The notes below the pieces were generated by a model. It worked only from the letters and a program-made list of their open reading frames with translations, did not search any database and was not told where the DNA came from. Shown one piece after another: positions 27,734-42,664 of a DNA stretch of 64,000 bases; within the stretch, counting starts at the first letter, position 1; each line of letters begins with the position of its first letter. Made by a program: the position numbers and the translations under genes. This DNA is from Eledone cirrhosa (lineage: Eukaryota): the NCBI GenBank assembly GCA_964016885.1, contig OZ024756.1, forward strand, positions 33,480,001 to 33,544,000. Direction: 5' to 3'.

Positions 27734-27783
27734 GGGAGGTTTGTAACTGGTGGACAAATTTAAAGAGGGGTGGTGTGCTGGCT
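27734..27783 (+). CDS. Possible coding exon (phase 2/1), EVCNWWTNLKRGGVLA
   Basis: ttaatttcag acceptor, gtgggt donor; continues the frame of the 25797 exon. Confidence 0.35.
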
Positions 27784-28139
27784 GGTGGGTCACACTAAGG
27801 ATGAAGACCTGAACATAATGGAATCAGATTTCCATTGTCACTGCCTCCGTCTATGTATTTGAACTGTCAATTATTCTCACGGCACACACGTATCAGTATC
27901 ATCGAATCTTGACGAGATTGTATGTAGCACCTGATGTAAAATACGCAACAGATGAAGCAAAAAAAACTGCCAATGTAACCACTGATTATCAGTCTTTCAT
28001 ATTTCATTTTAAATTTAATTATCAAGTGCTCTTAAATTAGATTTCGTTTTAGATTTATGCACTTCTATACATTCATTCATCATAACGAATCTTACATTTC
28101 ATTTTGTATTTTAAAATATAATTTTTTTTTCTAACTACT

Positions 28140-29065
28140 ACCATTAGTATCATCATCATCATCATCTGCACAAACAATAATGCTACCAGCTCCATACCTC
28201 ACATCACCAGCAGTGATATAACCAACACCACCACCATCATTAAACCAATATCAGCAGCATCAATATATCCACCAACATTAGAGCCCACATCACCACCACC
28301 ACTATAACCAACATCACCACCATCATCATCATAACCAACAAAACTATTACCAACCAAAACCACATCCAACATCCTCACCAACACCACAACATACATCATC
28401 ACAATCACAACCACCACTATAACCAACACCGAAACCAATAAATCTTACCACAGCCACCAACAACACCAACACCAACACCATGACGACCAACACTACCTTC
28501 ACAGCCACCTACACAACAACAAATCCCCCCACATCCACATCCAGCAACCACATCAACACCAACACAAGATTCACAACCACAAACAGCATCACCACCAACA
28601 CCAACACCAACACCATCACCAATACATTCACAACCACCAACACCACAAAAAATCCCCCCGCATTCACCAACAACATCAACACCAACACAACATTCACAAC
28701 CACCAACAGCATCACCACCAACACCAACACCAACACCAACACCAACAACAACACCATCACTAACATCAATACCTTTACAACCATCAACACTAACTTCACA
28801 ACCAACGCCACAACTACAACCAACAACATCACAACCAACACAACAACCAACACCAACACCATCAGCACCAACACGACATTCACAATCACCAACGCAACCA
28901 ACACCAACAGCACCCCAACCAGCAACAAAACCGACACCAACACCATCACCACCAACACTACCTTAACAACTACCAACACCACCAACACCACAAGCAACAC
29001 CACAACCAACACCATCACCACCAACACCACACAACCTTCACAACCACTCCAAACAACAAAACACA
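28140..29065. repeat. (ACC/AAC)n-rich degenerate trinucleotide array
   Basis: Direct reading; explains the Thr/Asn-rich and Val-rich ORFs. Confidence 0.85.
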
Positions 29066-29527
29066 TTATAATGGAATGTTTATTTCTTCGTCTAATCAAA
29101 AATTGTTTCATATTCGTTACATTTCATTTCAGTTATAGAAACAAATATCAATAAGTAGGCTTTAACGATATTGAAAACGAAATCATAAATCTATAAACTT
29201 GAATATTATAAAGGAAGAAAGACCAAAAAGTTTTATTTTATAGAAATATCAAAAAGTAAAATAGATTATTATTTAATGAACATTTCAAGAGAAAGTTTCA
29301 AACACAAACAAATACCTGAATAAAAATGAAAACCAAAATCAGCTAATGTGTAAACACAACTAAATAGTTTATATAATTATAATAATTTATTTCCACAGTT
29401 ACAATATATTAATGAAATAGTAATACACACACACTCACACACACACATATATATATATATATTTATGCGAACATATGCATGGATCTAAGTATGTCTATAT
29501 ATGTAACTGTATGTGTGTATACACACA

Positions 29528-29610
<83 letters not shown>

Positions 29611-29855
29611 CGATAGATATAGATAGATAGATAGATACATATATATTTATGTGTGTATATGTATAAATGTATATATGTAAATATACATATATATGTATAT
29701 ATGTATATATGTATATATACATATACATATATATATATGTATATAGGTATATATGTATATATATGTATATATATATATATATATACATACATACACAAAT
29801 ACATACATACATACATACATACATACATACATACATACATACATACATACATACA

Positions 29856-29886
<31 letters not shown>

Positions 29887-30478
29887 GCGTATACATACAT
29901 ATATTTCATTCGACTATTTTAGTTGACGCTAAATTTGATCGATATAAATTTTTATAAGTGAAAATAAAGGGAAAATTGCTGTACAATGTATATGTCACGC
30001 TATATATATATATAAATGCATTTCTATATATGTAATAAGGAAGGTGTATTCCTTGTTTATAGAAATGTCAACGGGAAAATACAAACATCAATCATATTTA
30101 TAGACACGTCGATATTCTTTATAAAACACACATACATTATAAAGCATACAAAAAAATATTTATGAATAAAACAAAATTTAGAGTTGAATCAATAATCAAT
30201 TTAATCCACCCGAAAATTGCATTTTGTTTCAATAATTTTACGCCAAATAAAGAATATTATATACCTGGGAAGGAGGGATTATGTCAAACCTCGTAGGTAG
30301 AGAGCTAATGTTTGATAAATCTTTACGCGAAGTTAATAAAACACGCCTTAATACAGTGTAACACTATAATTAGTGTATTCGAACTTCTAAATAGATGTGA
30401 TTTATGATATCTTGTATATGTATTTAAAATCGGTAAATCGTTGAAATGAATGACACACACATATAAGTATATATATAG

Positions 30479-30745
30479 TCTCCAACAGACCAGTGTCTGT
30501 CCCTAGGGCAACAACATACGTTAACCTTGGTCTTCCTCTTCTAGTGTGTCCATGTAGGGGCTCCCAAAGGAGTACTGAGTGCAATGTCAACTCTGGATGT
30601 CGGTGAGCATGTCCAGCTAACCTCAGTCTCCTCTGTGTCACTTTTGAGCTGACTTTTGGACATGGCAGCGATAATGAGGGACAGAGACCGCTGGAGAGAA
30701 CTCGTCCATGGATGTCGGGAATTTTACCCGCCTTAGATAGATAGA
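30479..30745. mobile_element. RTE 3' end with 5' inversion (duplicate at 33058-33324)
   Basis: 30479-30657 encodes RTE sequence on the - strand; 30658-30737 encodes [25 protein letters not shown] on the + strand, then (AGAT)n. Confidence 0.85.
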
Positions 30746-30751
30746 TATATA

Positions 30752-30895
30752 TAGTAATAATGATAAATTTGAAGACTAAACTCCAAAGAGGGCTCGATGA
30801 GGATATATATATATATCAAATATATAAAGAAGATCCCGTTAAGGATGAAAGCAGCGATTCTTTGCTTAAACTTTAATCTGTTATTTTAATAAATA
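30752..30895. mobile_element. Family C internally inverted copy with partial hammerhead (duplicate at 33331-33474)
   Basis: agaagatcccgttaaggatgaaagcagcgattctttgcttaaact on +, element 3' end on -. Confidence 0.75.
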
Positions 30896-31205
30896 TATAT
30901 ATATACATAGATACATACATACATACATACATACATACATACATACATACATACATGCATGCACGTACATACATTATATATGTATATGCGTACACAAAAA
31001 TACATATACATTCATACACACACACAGATATACATATATATATACATACATAAATGATGATGATGATGATGATGATGGCTGCCCCCTCGTTATCGAGTAT
31101 GGCTATTGCACGAGAAAAAAAAATATATATATATATTAATAACAATAATAATAATAATAACAACAACAATAATAATATCGACAACAACAACAATAATCAT
31201 ATACA

Positions 31206-31254
<49 letters not shown>

Positions 31255-31267
31255 GCTTATATACATA

Positions 31268-31615
31268 CATGATGGCTGCCCCTCGTTATTGAGTATGGTC
31301 ATTGTACAATATAATATTATTAATAATTATCAATTAATGCTATCGTGCAATGCCTGCTCGTGAAGATTTCTTTTAAAATGACGAAAGATTGTACACTGAG
31401 CCAATCCCACTCTCTGAGCGCCAGTAGCTATAACCCGGAAAGAAGAAAAGATCAACATCATCGGTAACTACTGAGCCGCAGGTTTTATGTCGGAGTTATC
31501 CCAGTTTTCGCGTTACCTTCCCCTAGAAGAATGCCCTGACAAAGGCTAGGTGTCCTTCACTCCCAGTGGTTTAACCGCGCGATCGGGTATCCAGCCCGAA
31601 TGTTTCTATGTCTAC
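31268..31615 (-). mobile_element. Second bipartite RTE-derived short element (short tail copy at 31072-31110; duplicate at 33847-34194)
   Basis: 5' ctagcctttgtcagggca..ctaggggaagg motif and 3' tail actc.ataacgagggg(g)cagccatcat, related to the 11970 element. Confidence 0.6.
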
Positions 31616-31676
31616 GCGCATATACATACACATGCATGCATACACATACACACACACACACACATGCATACACATG

Positions 31677-31740
<64 letters not shown>

Positions 31741-31779
31741 CACATGCTATCATGTATATACATATTTACACACTTTTGC

Positions 31780-31946
31780 ATGGCCGTTGACTCTTATGAG
31801 ATCTTCTGCCCTTTGTCAGGTTTGTCCAAAATCACCCTCCTCATCAAGTAAACTTGGTGGGGTTGCCGGTTTAGTCGCCGACGACCTGACCATGCGACAG
31901 GTTGTACTGGGCTACATGTTACCAGTAGCACTCAAGAGTGATCCGA
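31780..31946 (-). mobile_element. Short GC-richer interspersed element, possibly RTE-derived (duplicate at 34359-34525)
   Basis: Unique GC-rich insert between microsatellites; family not confidently assigned. Confidence 0.35.
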
Positions 31947-32016
31947 CATACATACATACATACATACATACATACATACATACATACATACATACATACA
32001 TACATACATACATACA

Positions 32017-32385
32017 TGATGGCTGCCAACTCGTTTTCGAGTACGGCCACTACTTTATATCCATGTAGGAGAACCCCTACCGATGCGCTGAACGAGTGTG
32101 ACTTTTTAGTCTAGCCAGCGACTTGAAAACTCTGGTACAAACACTACACCTGTGACAATTATTGACACATATTGCTTGGCCCATGGTACCATGTGACGAC
32201 AAGTGCAGAGCGATCTCCAGATATGCCTGTGCCGTGAAGCTTTTATAGTGAGCAAAGGCACTGCACAAAGCCAGTCCCACTTTCTTAACCAAGATGATAT
32301 TTACCAAAAAGAAGAACAAGTCAACATCATTGGATACCATCAGGGTTGCAGGTGTTATATCAGAGTTTTCCTTCTCCCAGAATTC
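32017..32385 (-). mobile_element. Bipartite RTE-derived element (duplicate at 34592-34960)
   Basis: Closely similar to 11970-12345; [26 protein letters not shown]. Confidence 0.75.
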
Positions 32386-32434
32386 ATACATACATACATA
32401 CATACATACATACATACATACATACATACATACA

Positions 32435-32465
<31 letters not shown>

Positions 32466-33784
32466 GCGTATACATACATATATTTCATTCGACTATTTTA
32501 GTTGACGCTAAATTTGATCGATATAAATTTTTATAAGTGAAAATAAAGGGAAAATTGCTGTACAATGTATATGTCACGCTATATATATATATAAATGCAT
32601 TTCTATATATGTAATAAGGAAGGTGTATTCCTTGTTTATAGAAATGTCAACGGGAAAATACAAACATCAATCATATTTATAGACACGTCGATATTCTTTA
32701 TAAAACACACATACATTATAAAGCATACAAAAAAATATTTATGAATAAAACAAAATTTAGAGTTGAATCAATAATCAATTTAATCCACCCGAAAATTGCA
32801 TTTTGTTTCAATAATTTTACGCCAAATAAAGAATATTATATACCTGGGAAGGAGGGATTATGTCAAACCTCGTAGGTAGAGAGCTAATGTTTGATAAATC
32901 TTTACGCGAAGTTAATAAAACACGCCTTAATACAGTGTAACACTATAATTAGTGTATTCGAACTTCTAAATAGATGTGATTTATGATATCTTGTATATGT
33001 ATTTAAAATCGGTAAATCGTTGAAATGAATGACACACACATATAAGTATATATATAGTCTCCAACAGACCAGTGTCTGTCCCTAGGGCAACAACATACGT
33101 TAACCTTGGTCTTCCTCTTCTAGTGTGTCCATGTAGGGGCTCCCAAAGGAGTACTGAGTGCAATGTCAACTCTGGATGTCGGTGAGCATGTCCAGCTAAC
33201 CTCAGTCTCCTCTGTGTCACTTTTGAGCTGACTTTTGGACATGGCAGCGATAATGAGGGACAGAGACCGCTGGAGAGAACTCGTCCATGGATGTCGGGAA
33301 TTTTACCCGCCTTAGATAGATAGATATATATAGTAATAATGATAAATTTGAAGACTAAACTCCAAAGAGGGCTCGATGAGGATATATATATATATCAAAT
33401 ATATAAAGAAGATCCCGTTAAGGATGAAAGCAGCGATTCTTTGCTTAAACTTTAATCTGTTATTTTAATAAATATATATATATACATAGATACATACATA
33501 CATACATACATACATACATACATACATACATACATGCATGCACGTACATACATTATATATGTATATGCGTACACAAAAATACATATACATTCATACACAC
33601 ACACAGATATACATATATATATACATACATAAATGATGATGATGATGATGATGATGGCTGCCCCCTCGTTATCGAGTATGGCTATTGCACGAGAAAAAAA
33701 AATATATATATATATTAATAACAATAATAATAATAATAACAACAACAATAATAATATCGACAACAACAACAATAATCATATACA

Positions 33785-33833
<49 letters not shown>

Positions 33834-34255
33834 GCTTATATACATACATGATGGCTGCCCCTCGTTATTGAGTATGGTCATTGTACAATATAATATTATT
33901 AATAATTATCAATTAATGCTATCGTGCAATGCCTGCTCGTGAAGATTTCTTTTAAAATGACGAAAGATTGTACACTGAGCCAATCCCACTCTCTGAGCGC
34001 CAGTAGCTATAACCCGGAAAGAAGAAAAGATCAACATCATCGGTAACTACTGAGCCGCAGGTTTTATGTCGGAGTTATCCCAGTTTTCGCGTTACCTTCC
34101 CCTAGAAGAATGCCCTGACAAAGGCTAGGTGTCCTTCACTCCCAGTGGTTTAACCGCGCGATCGGGTATCCAGCCCGAATGTTTCTATGTCTACGCGCAT
34201 ATACATACACATGCATGCATACACATACACACACACACACACATGCATACACATG

Positions 34256-34319
<64 letters not shown>

Positions 34320-34981
34320 CACATGCTATCATGTATATACATATTTACACACTTTTGCATGGCCGTTGACTCTTATGAGATCTTCTGCCCTTTGTCAGGT
34401 TTGTCCAAAATCACCCTCCTCATCAAGTAAACTTGGTGGGGTTGCCGGTTTAGTCGCCGACGACCTGACCATGCGACAGGTTGTACTGGGCTACATGTTA
34501 CCAGTAGCACTCAAGAGTGATCCGACATACATACATACATACATACATACATACATACATACATACATACATACATACATACATACATACATGATGGCTG
34601 CCAACTCGTTTTCGAGTACGGCCACTACTTTATATCCATGTAGGAGAACCCCTACCGATGCGCTGAACGAGTGTGACTTTTTAGTCTAGCCAGCGACTTG
34701 AAAACTCTGGTACAAACACTACACCTGTGACAATTATTGACACATATTGCTTGGCCCATGGTACCATGTGACGACAAGTGCAGAGCGATCTCCAGATATG
34801 CCTGTGCCGTGAAGCTTTTATAGTGAGCAAAGGCACTGCACAAAGCCAGTCCCACTTTCTTAACCAAGATGATATTTACCAAAAAGAAGAACAAGTCAAC
34901 ATCATTGGATACCATCAGGGTTGCAGGTGTTATATCAGAGTTTTCCTTCTCCCAGAATTCATACATACATACATACATACA

Positions 34982-35013
<32 letters not shown>

Positions 35014-35461
35014 AGGTACTACCTGGTCTCAGAATTTAACTGACAATTACTTCCATCATGAGGCCAACAAAGTAAGCAATATGCCGCACAAGTTCACAAC
35101 AAAATATAATCTATTAACGATAATGCTAACTACTACAATGTTTCTAACATAAAGATAACGATTTGTTTGATCTCCGTTAATCTAATATAATCAAGGTGTT
35201 TGTGTAAAATTTTACGAATACGAAACTAATTCGAAAATAGGAGTCTCTTTCATATAAGCAACATCTTGGGGGAAGTTATCTGTTTAATAGTAAAACTTAG
35301 ATAAAGGAAATCGAATTAAGGTTCCTTTACAACATCAATTGATTAAAGGAAGAACATTTAATTGTGGATAACAATGTGCATTCTGTTGTCGTGTGTTGTT
35401 TTTAAATAAAGTTCAATGTACCTAGAAACAGCAGAGTTAACTATCTTCAGAAGGAATATAC

Positions 35462-36076
<615 letters not shown>

Positions 36077-36088
36077 CATATATATACA

Positions 36089-36196
<108 letters not shown>

Positions 36197-36197
36197 C

Positions 36198-36238
<41 letters not shown>

Positions 36239-36293
36239 TATACATATATATATATATACATATATATACATATATATATATACATATATATAC

Positions 36294-36326
<33 letters not shown>

Positions 36327-36327
36327 C

Positions 36328-36438
<111 letters not shown>

Positions 36439-37025
36439 TATTTATATATTTATATATATATATATATGTGTGTGTGTGTGAGTGTGTGTGTGTGTGAGTG
36501 TGTGTGTTAGGTAATACCGAAGGAAAAGGAAAAGAAAAAAGAGTGCTTTATGTATAAAACAGAGGTAATTATTGAACTTTCTAAATATATATATATATAA
36601 ATCATATATATATATGTGTGTGTGTATTTATATATATATATATATATATATACAGAGAGAGAGTTAATTACAATTTAGCATCAGGCATATTTGTATACAT
36701 ATATCTATTGGAATTTCGTATTTTAGAAGCAGTACGGTAGGTTTAAAATAAATATTTGGAGAGCCGTAGCTATGCCAAAACACCTGTGACTAACGCCGTC
36801 TGGCGGTGTCCAGCAGAAGCAAGGGGGACAATCGTGGATCCACATTTCGAACTGAACTGGTTCTCATCACCACGAGGGGTATTTTTTACTTATCGTTAAA
36901 CATCAAAGTATACAAATGCGGGATTTGATCTGAGCAATCAGAGATACGGAACGAATGCTGAAAAGCATCGTATCCGACCTTATAACGGCTTTGCCAATTC
37001 GGAACACACAGATTCTCACATACAC

Positions 37026-37116
<91 letters not shown>

Positions 37117-37127
37117 TGTGTGTGTGT

Positions 37128-37169
<42 letters not shown>

Positions 37170-37898
37170 GTATGTGTGTGTCTTTATCTGGGTTTCTCAG
37201 GCTAGTTATAATTGATTTCTGGTTTGGTATTTTCCAAATTAAAATTGCATATAATATGCAACGTCGTTTTCCATTCTCATTTTATGATATCATATTCATT
37301 TTTTTTTCTTAGCCTTGTTAACTAAAACTAAAAACACAAAAATATTTTTAATATTTTTTCTACAATTTTGATTGATTGAAACTCTTCAACTAATTCCCTA
37401 AAACGTTCTATAAGCATTTAATAAAGAATAAAAATTTTAATATTTCTAGAAATATAATTCGAGTACAATTTTTTGTGTTTCTTGTGTACGAAAACCTTAC
37501 AGCTAATCCAATTGTAAGATGGTGAACAATTTCTTTATTTTAAATAAATGACAGAATATTAAATCCCAAAGAACATTCATTAACTTAGTTCATTGTATTT
37601 TCTTTTCATTCTGAGCCTACCTAACAATCGTTTTTCAGGTTCCATAATATTTGAATTGATTTTTCTTGATGCATAAAGAAAAATGAGCCTTTACTAATTT
37701 TCTGGATTCTTAATATTTTCAAATTAGATGATCGCTTAGCATATAAAATGCAACTGAGTTGAAGAAAATGGAAGTTACGCTTTATCAGGTGTAACGTAAA
37801 CCATTAAACCTCCACTAATGTGTAACTACTGTTGATATTTCTAACCATGCTAATAATTCATTAAATGATTCAAGGAAATGTTGATTATAACGACCTAG

Positions 37899-37942
<44 letters not shown>

Positions 37943-38175
37943 CCACTTCATCGCTTCCATCCCACTCACCTTCCCATCTCTCTGTATTGTGAGCAAATGG
38001 GGTCCCACGTGCTGGCCGGCCCACAGCTCAGGCGGACAGAATGGACGAGGCGGTCCAGCCCCACCGGCTCAAGCTGGGAGGGGAAGCCTGCAGCATCTAA
38101 GCCATGCTTTATGACCTCGTTGAGGTCGTAGTTTTCGATTTACAATCCATCTCATATAACAGAAATATATCAATC

Positions 38176-38388
38176 ATTTCTAGTATAGGCACAAGGCCGG
38201 TAATTTGGGAGAAGGGAAAAGTCGATATTAAATCGACCTCAGTGCATTACTGGTATTTTATTTTATCGACCCCTTAAGGATAAAAGGCAAAGTTAACCTC
38301 GGCGGCATTTGAACTCAGAATGTAAAGAGACGTAACTATGGTGCGAAGCGTAACTATGCCGACGCTCTACCGATTCTGTCAATCCACC
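38176..38388 (-). mobile_element. tRNA-derived SINE
   Basis: Core and B box present. Confidence 0.85.
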
Positions 38389-38548
38389 ACACTACAGAAA
38401 TATATCAAAGCTATAAGAATTACTTGCTCGTCAATTTTATGGTTTCGTTATGTATTTTCCACCAGTTTCACTCAGCAAATGTTGTCAGCTAATGTATTAT
38501 TTGTTTGGGTTATTTTTACTTGATTGTTGTTTCTTCACGTGTGTACAG

Positions 38549-38599
38549 GTGTGATGTGCCATGAAGATGTTTGCTTAGATTCTGAATCAGCCGATTCCG
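38549..38599 (+). CDS. Possible 51-bp exon (phase 1/1), VMCHEDVCLDSESADS
   Basis: tacag acceptor, open frame, phase-compatible; donor gtgttt is weak. Confidence 0.3.
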
Positions 38600-38851
38600 G
38601 TGTTTGTTTGTTTGTGTTTTTCATATATTTATTTATTTATTGTATTATGAGATGTGTGAATATTTAGATTGCACATCGATAAAATAAATTTAACTCCAGA
38701 GAACGAAGAAGGACACTTGTTGAAATTTCTACAAAAATATTCAGTGCACTTATACATAACTCTTTAGTAAAATACAGAGTCATCTCAATATAGTAAGATA
38801 TGTTTATATATATATATTCATTTAATATAGAAATGACTTCTACAGGACTAA

Positions 38852-38914
<63 letters not shown>

Positions 38915-38949
38915 CACACATACAAACACACATTTATATATATATATAT

Positions 38950-39335
38950 GTCCGATTTCTTTTCTCGCGCACTCTTGGCCAAGCCGGTATGAAATTTTTT
39001 TTCTCTCTCTCTCTCGTCTGCGTCTTCACAGAACTTATGTTTACCGAATTCGCAGACCAGACCCCTTCTTCTTCCCCCCGTTAGACCTGTGCGAAATTCC
39101 TTCCTTGCTCACATTTCAACCAGGTTTGATGGTCTTTATTCTCTAGTTCACGATTTTATCGAGTTTATATTCATAGAAATCTGGGACTTGTCTCTTTCTT
39201 CTCACTTTCTGTTGCTTAAACCCTTTTGTTTGTTCACCCTAACGTTCTCTTTATTTACGTGTCCCAACGACTTTTTTTAGCCGTTGTTCGCACCAACCTG
39301 AGGTATATGGCCCTTAAAGCGATGAAATGCCTAGG
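38950..39335. other. GC-richer unique insert between (TA)n tracts, possibly a decayed LINE fragment
   Basis: Composition and context only. Confidence 0.3.
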
Positions 39336-39798
39336 ACGGTTGGAGGGTCACTGATGAAGGACTCACTTTTTCATATATATATATATAATGTGTGTGTGTG
39401 TGTGTGTATACATATATATAAAGTATGTGGTGGTGAGACCGAGAAGGCCACAAATCATGAGAGCACATGGGGATATTGCAAAATACAGGGAGTGACCAGT
39501 CAGAGTATAGGTTTATTTCGGAACAATTGTCTCTAGCATAATTCTTATTCTGATGAGTCAGACGCTGACATAGAGAGTCTCCAACAATTACCTCATAGTT
39601 TGTTGGATATATATGTATATATATAGATAGTTAAAATTATGCAAGATATATATCAAGTCAGTCCGAAGTCCGAGTTTGAATATAATTATTGAAGTCCGTT
39701 CACTTTCAGCGTCACGGATTGAACAAGTTTATCCTCAGCCCTAACGAAACGTTCGTACCTGGTATAGTGCCGCGGTAGTAACTGGCCTAAATAATTAT

Positions 39799-39840
<42 letters not shown>

Positions 39841-39844
<4 letters not shown>

Positions 39845-40015
39845 AGGGAGTGTAACTTGGAGTTAGTGTTACTTGGAGTTGTAGAGCCAGACAGTGTATT
39901 ATAGTAAAATAAAATAAAACTAGGACGATCGAACCTTGAGCTGATCAGTGGCGAAACGCGCGTCACCAACCAATAAATGTAATGAAGGAGTAACCAATTG
40001 TCCTTGTTTTATTTT
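39841..40015 (+). mobile_element. Family F element with hammerhead 3' half
   Basis: ggc-GAA-acgcgcgt-C-acc; relatives at 40450-40690 and 52012-52190. Confidence 0.65.
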
Positions 40016-40314
40016 ATATATATATATATATATATATACATACAGAGAGGGGGGAATAAATATATAGGTGTAGATATAGGGTGAAAGAGTTGGGGAGGAA
40101 GTTATATATGTAAATTATGTTTAGACTCATCAAGTGGTGACAATATTGTTTGAACTGGAAACCATCCAAGTTCGACAAGTTCTGCTGTCAGATACAATAC
40201 ATTTAAAATTTCATTAAGATATATTTTGTTATGTTCGTGACTGTTCAGTATTAGATTTAAGTCTAAAGCTATACTTTTCATTACTATGCTAGTATTTGGA
40301 GCATAGTTTAACAA

Positions 40315-40425
40315 AGGTTTCTACAGGACTAGAACTGTTTCATTCCGGAGAAATCATCAGGACTTCCTGGTGATTTCTCCGGAATGAAACAGTTCTAGTC
40401 TAGTAGAAGCATTTCTACATTAAGT
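40315..40425. mobile_element. Family B fold-back; hammerhead core intact on the - arm
   Basis: Minus strand CTGATGA-t-ttc(tccg)gaa-t-GAA-acag(ttctagtc)ctgt-A. Confidence 0.8.
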
Positions 40426-40449
40426 ATATATACACAAACGCACACACAC

Positions 40450-40690
40450 AGGAAGTGTAACGTGGAGTGACTGTAGGTTCACCCGGGTGAGCAGTCGATA
40501 TTTAGGTTCACTTCTGTGTCGAGGTGTAGAGCTAGACAGAGTGTATTATAATAAAACAAAGACGAGTGGTTACTCTGTCATTACTTTTATTGTTGATGAC
40601 GCGCCTTTCGCCACTGAACAGCTGAAGGTTCGATCTGTATCTATCTAGCCCGGCTTGTCAGACTCCTTATAATGTTAATGAAAACATTAT
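40450..40690 (-). mobile_element. Family F rearranged copy with near-complete hammerhead
   Basis: Minus strand gt-CTGACAA-gcc..ggc-GAAA-ggcgcgt-C-at. Confidence 0.55.
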
Positions 40691-40703
40691 CTATATATAT
40701 ATG

Positions 40704-40736
<33 letters not shown>

Positions 40737-40769
40737 AGGTATACATTTTTAAATGCTCAATTGATGATC

Positions 40770-41230
40770 TAGGGGTCGGTTTCCAGCTGCTATGTATCAA
40801 AAGTCATATGCTGGCGTTTGGTATACAGTTTAACAACTACTCTTATATAAAATTATAATGAAATGTTTTCAAATAGTTATAAACAATTTAAAATAAACAG
40901 TGTTTCTTTAATATGGACGTAGAGGCGGTTTTAGGAATTTTGGCATCAACAAGTATGTGTAGCGTTTGGAAAATAGCATAACAAAGGCTCTTACATGAAA
41001 TATGATGGAAGCGTTTTAGATAAATATGAATGACAACGGATATTTCTTTAAAGTGCAACCAGAAGCGGATTTAGGTGTCTTGGTATCTATCAAAAGGGTA
41101 ACAAATTCTTTTGCATAAATTTACGATGGAACATTTCAGATAAACGTAAACACATTAAAATAAACAGATGTACTTTAAAGTATAGCCAGGGGCGGTTTCA
41201 GGTGGTTTGATCTCAAATGTAGTAATGAAA
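40770..41230. repeat. Degenerate ~130-150-bp tandem repeat, ~3 units
   Basis: gcggtttcagg-like anchors at ~40775, 40924, 41064 and 41191 with shared aaaataaacag segments. Confidence 0.55.
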
Positions 41231-41365
41231 GGCTTAAGTATGTGAAGAATACATGAATTGAGAGGGAAAATAGGAACAACTTTGATTTCATGCACTTTCG
41301 GAGAGGAAGACAAACAATGACGCGACTTACTTTCTGCTAATATTCATCTATGTTCCATATTTCAG

Positions 41366-41660
41366 GAGACGGTGTGTGTCTTGGTGGTTAGTGTGATGTG
41401 CTCATGATAGTAAGGCAGTGAGTTCAATTTCCTTCGGTGTGTTGTTTCCAGGGGCAAAACACTTTATTTAACGTGCACCCGGCCTGCAATTATAAGTTGT
41501 AACTATAATTCAAAAGACCAGCTATGCCACGTTGAATCTCCCTGAGAACTACGTTAACTATGTTTGAGGAATGCTCCACCGCTTTCACTTTGATTTCATG
41601 AGAAGAATGTTTCGTTAATCAATTTAATTTGAACTATCTTCGTCGGAACTGAAGGCGGTC
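41366..41660 (+). mobile_element. Older, different tRNA-headed SINE (reverse-strand relative at ~61200-61350)
   Basis: A/B-box-like head, ggcaaaacactttattt core, gaatctccctgagaactacgttaa segment. Confidence 0.5.
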
Positions 41661-42480
41661 CTACTACCTCATTGTATGTATTTACGCTGTATAATTTTTT
41701 TTAATCAATTAAAAAAAGTACAAATGCGTTCCAGCCGTGAGCATCCAGTCAAGCAAAATTATACTTTCGTTTTAATAACCCATTATTATTGAAACTCTTT
41801 TCTATAAAATATAGAAGCAAAAATGTTTTCGTTATATAATTTTTAAATATATCGAACGGTGTTAACATTATATTAAACTATTTAGATATTAAATGATACG
41901 TTGGTACTATGGTTACGGCTTATTCACTCTTGTTATTTATATTTATTATAGAATTTATTGAAATACTGGTAAACTTTTAATAGGTATATGTTCTTGTATC
42001 AGTTGATAAGCACTATCGTAGGTACGTAACACAAAGAAAATTTCGTAAATACAATATCATGAAATTTAAATTAAATGCATGTGAATATTTAAAACCAGTG
42101 GAGAAGAAAACTTGTTATGAATACTAACCACTTCAAATAATTAAAAAGCCTAAACAATCCGTAAAGGGAATTTAAACGTAACGTTTTATTTACAATGTTC
42201 GTCTAAAGATGTTATCGTCAGTAAATATGTGATCTGTTTTGTTTAGGTTAACAGTCGAACTTTGAAACAGCTTTAGTTGAATTAACTCTAAAATATGTTA
42301 GAAGTTGAAGGAACTAAATAGATTATATTTGTATACATTTCCTTTTCTCTCTTTATCATTTGAAAGGTTTCAAATATCTATGAGTAAATATATCATTGCG
42401 AGTCACAATTTTGTGCGGGAAGCATGTACTATCATACTTATGAATTATTGATCAAAACCAGTCGTTCCTCTATAAATAAT

Positions 42481-42664
42481 TGTTTCTAGTTTTGGCACAC
42501 GGCCAGCAATTGCCCAGTGCATTACTGGTACTTTATTTTATCGACCCCGTAAGGAAGAAAGGTAAAGTTAACCTCGTCGGGATTTGAACTCAGAAAGTAA
42601 AAGTGTCTTAACACTATGCTGCAAAGCATGGTGTCTAACGCACTACCGATACAATCCACCGCCT
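42481..42664 (-). mobile_element. tRNA-derived SINE with 10-bp TSD
   Basis: tataaataat on both sides. Confidence 0.88.

Larger units (their letters stand above)
29807..34960. repeat. Near-identical ~2579-bp tandem duplication bounded by (ACAT)n arrays
   Basis: ORF pairs offset by exactly 2579 (30402/32981, 31550/34129), and by 2575 after loss of one ACAT unit. Confidence 0.95.

Noticed and set aside
28480-29154. 224-aa Thr/Asn-rich mucin-like ORF and the antisense Val-rich ORF
   Set aside because: Degenerate ACC/AAC trinucleotide array that is open on both strands, with no convincing splice or domain context.
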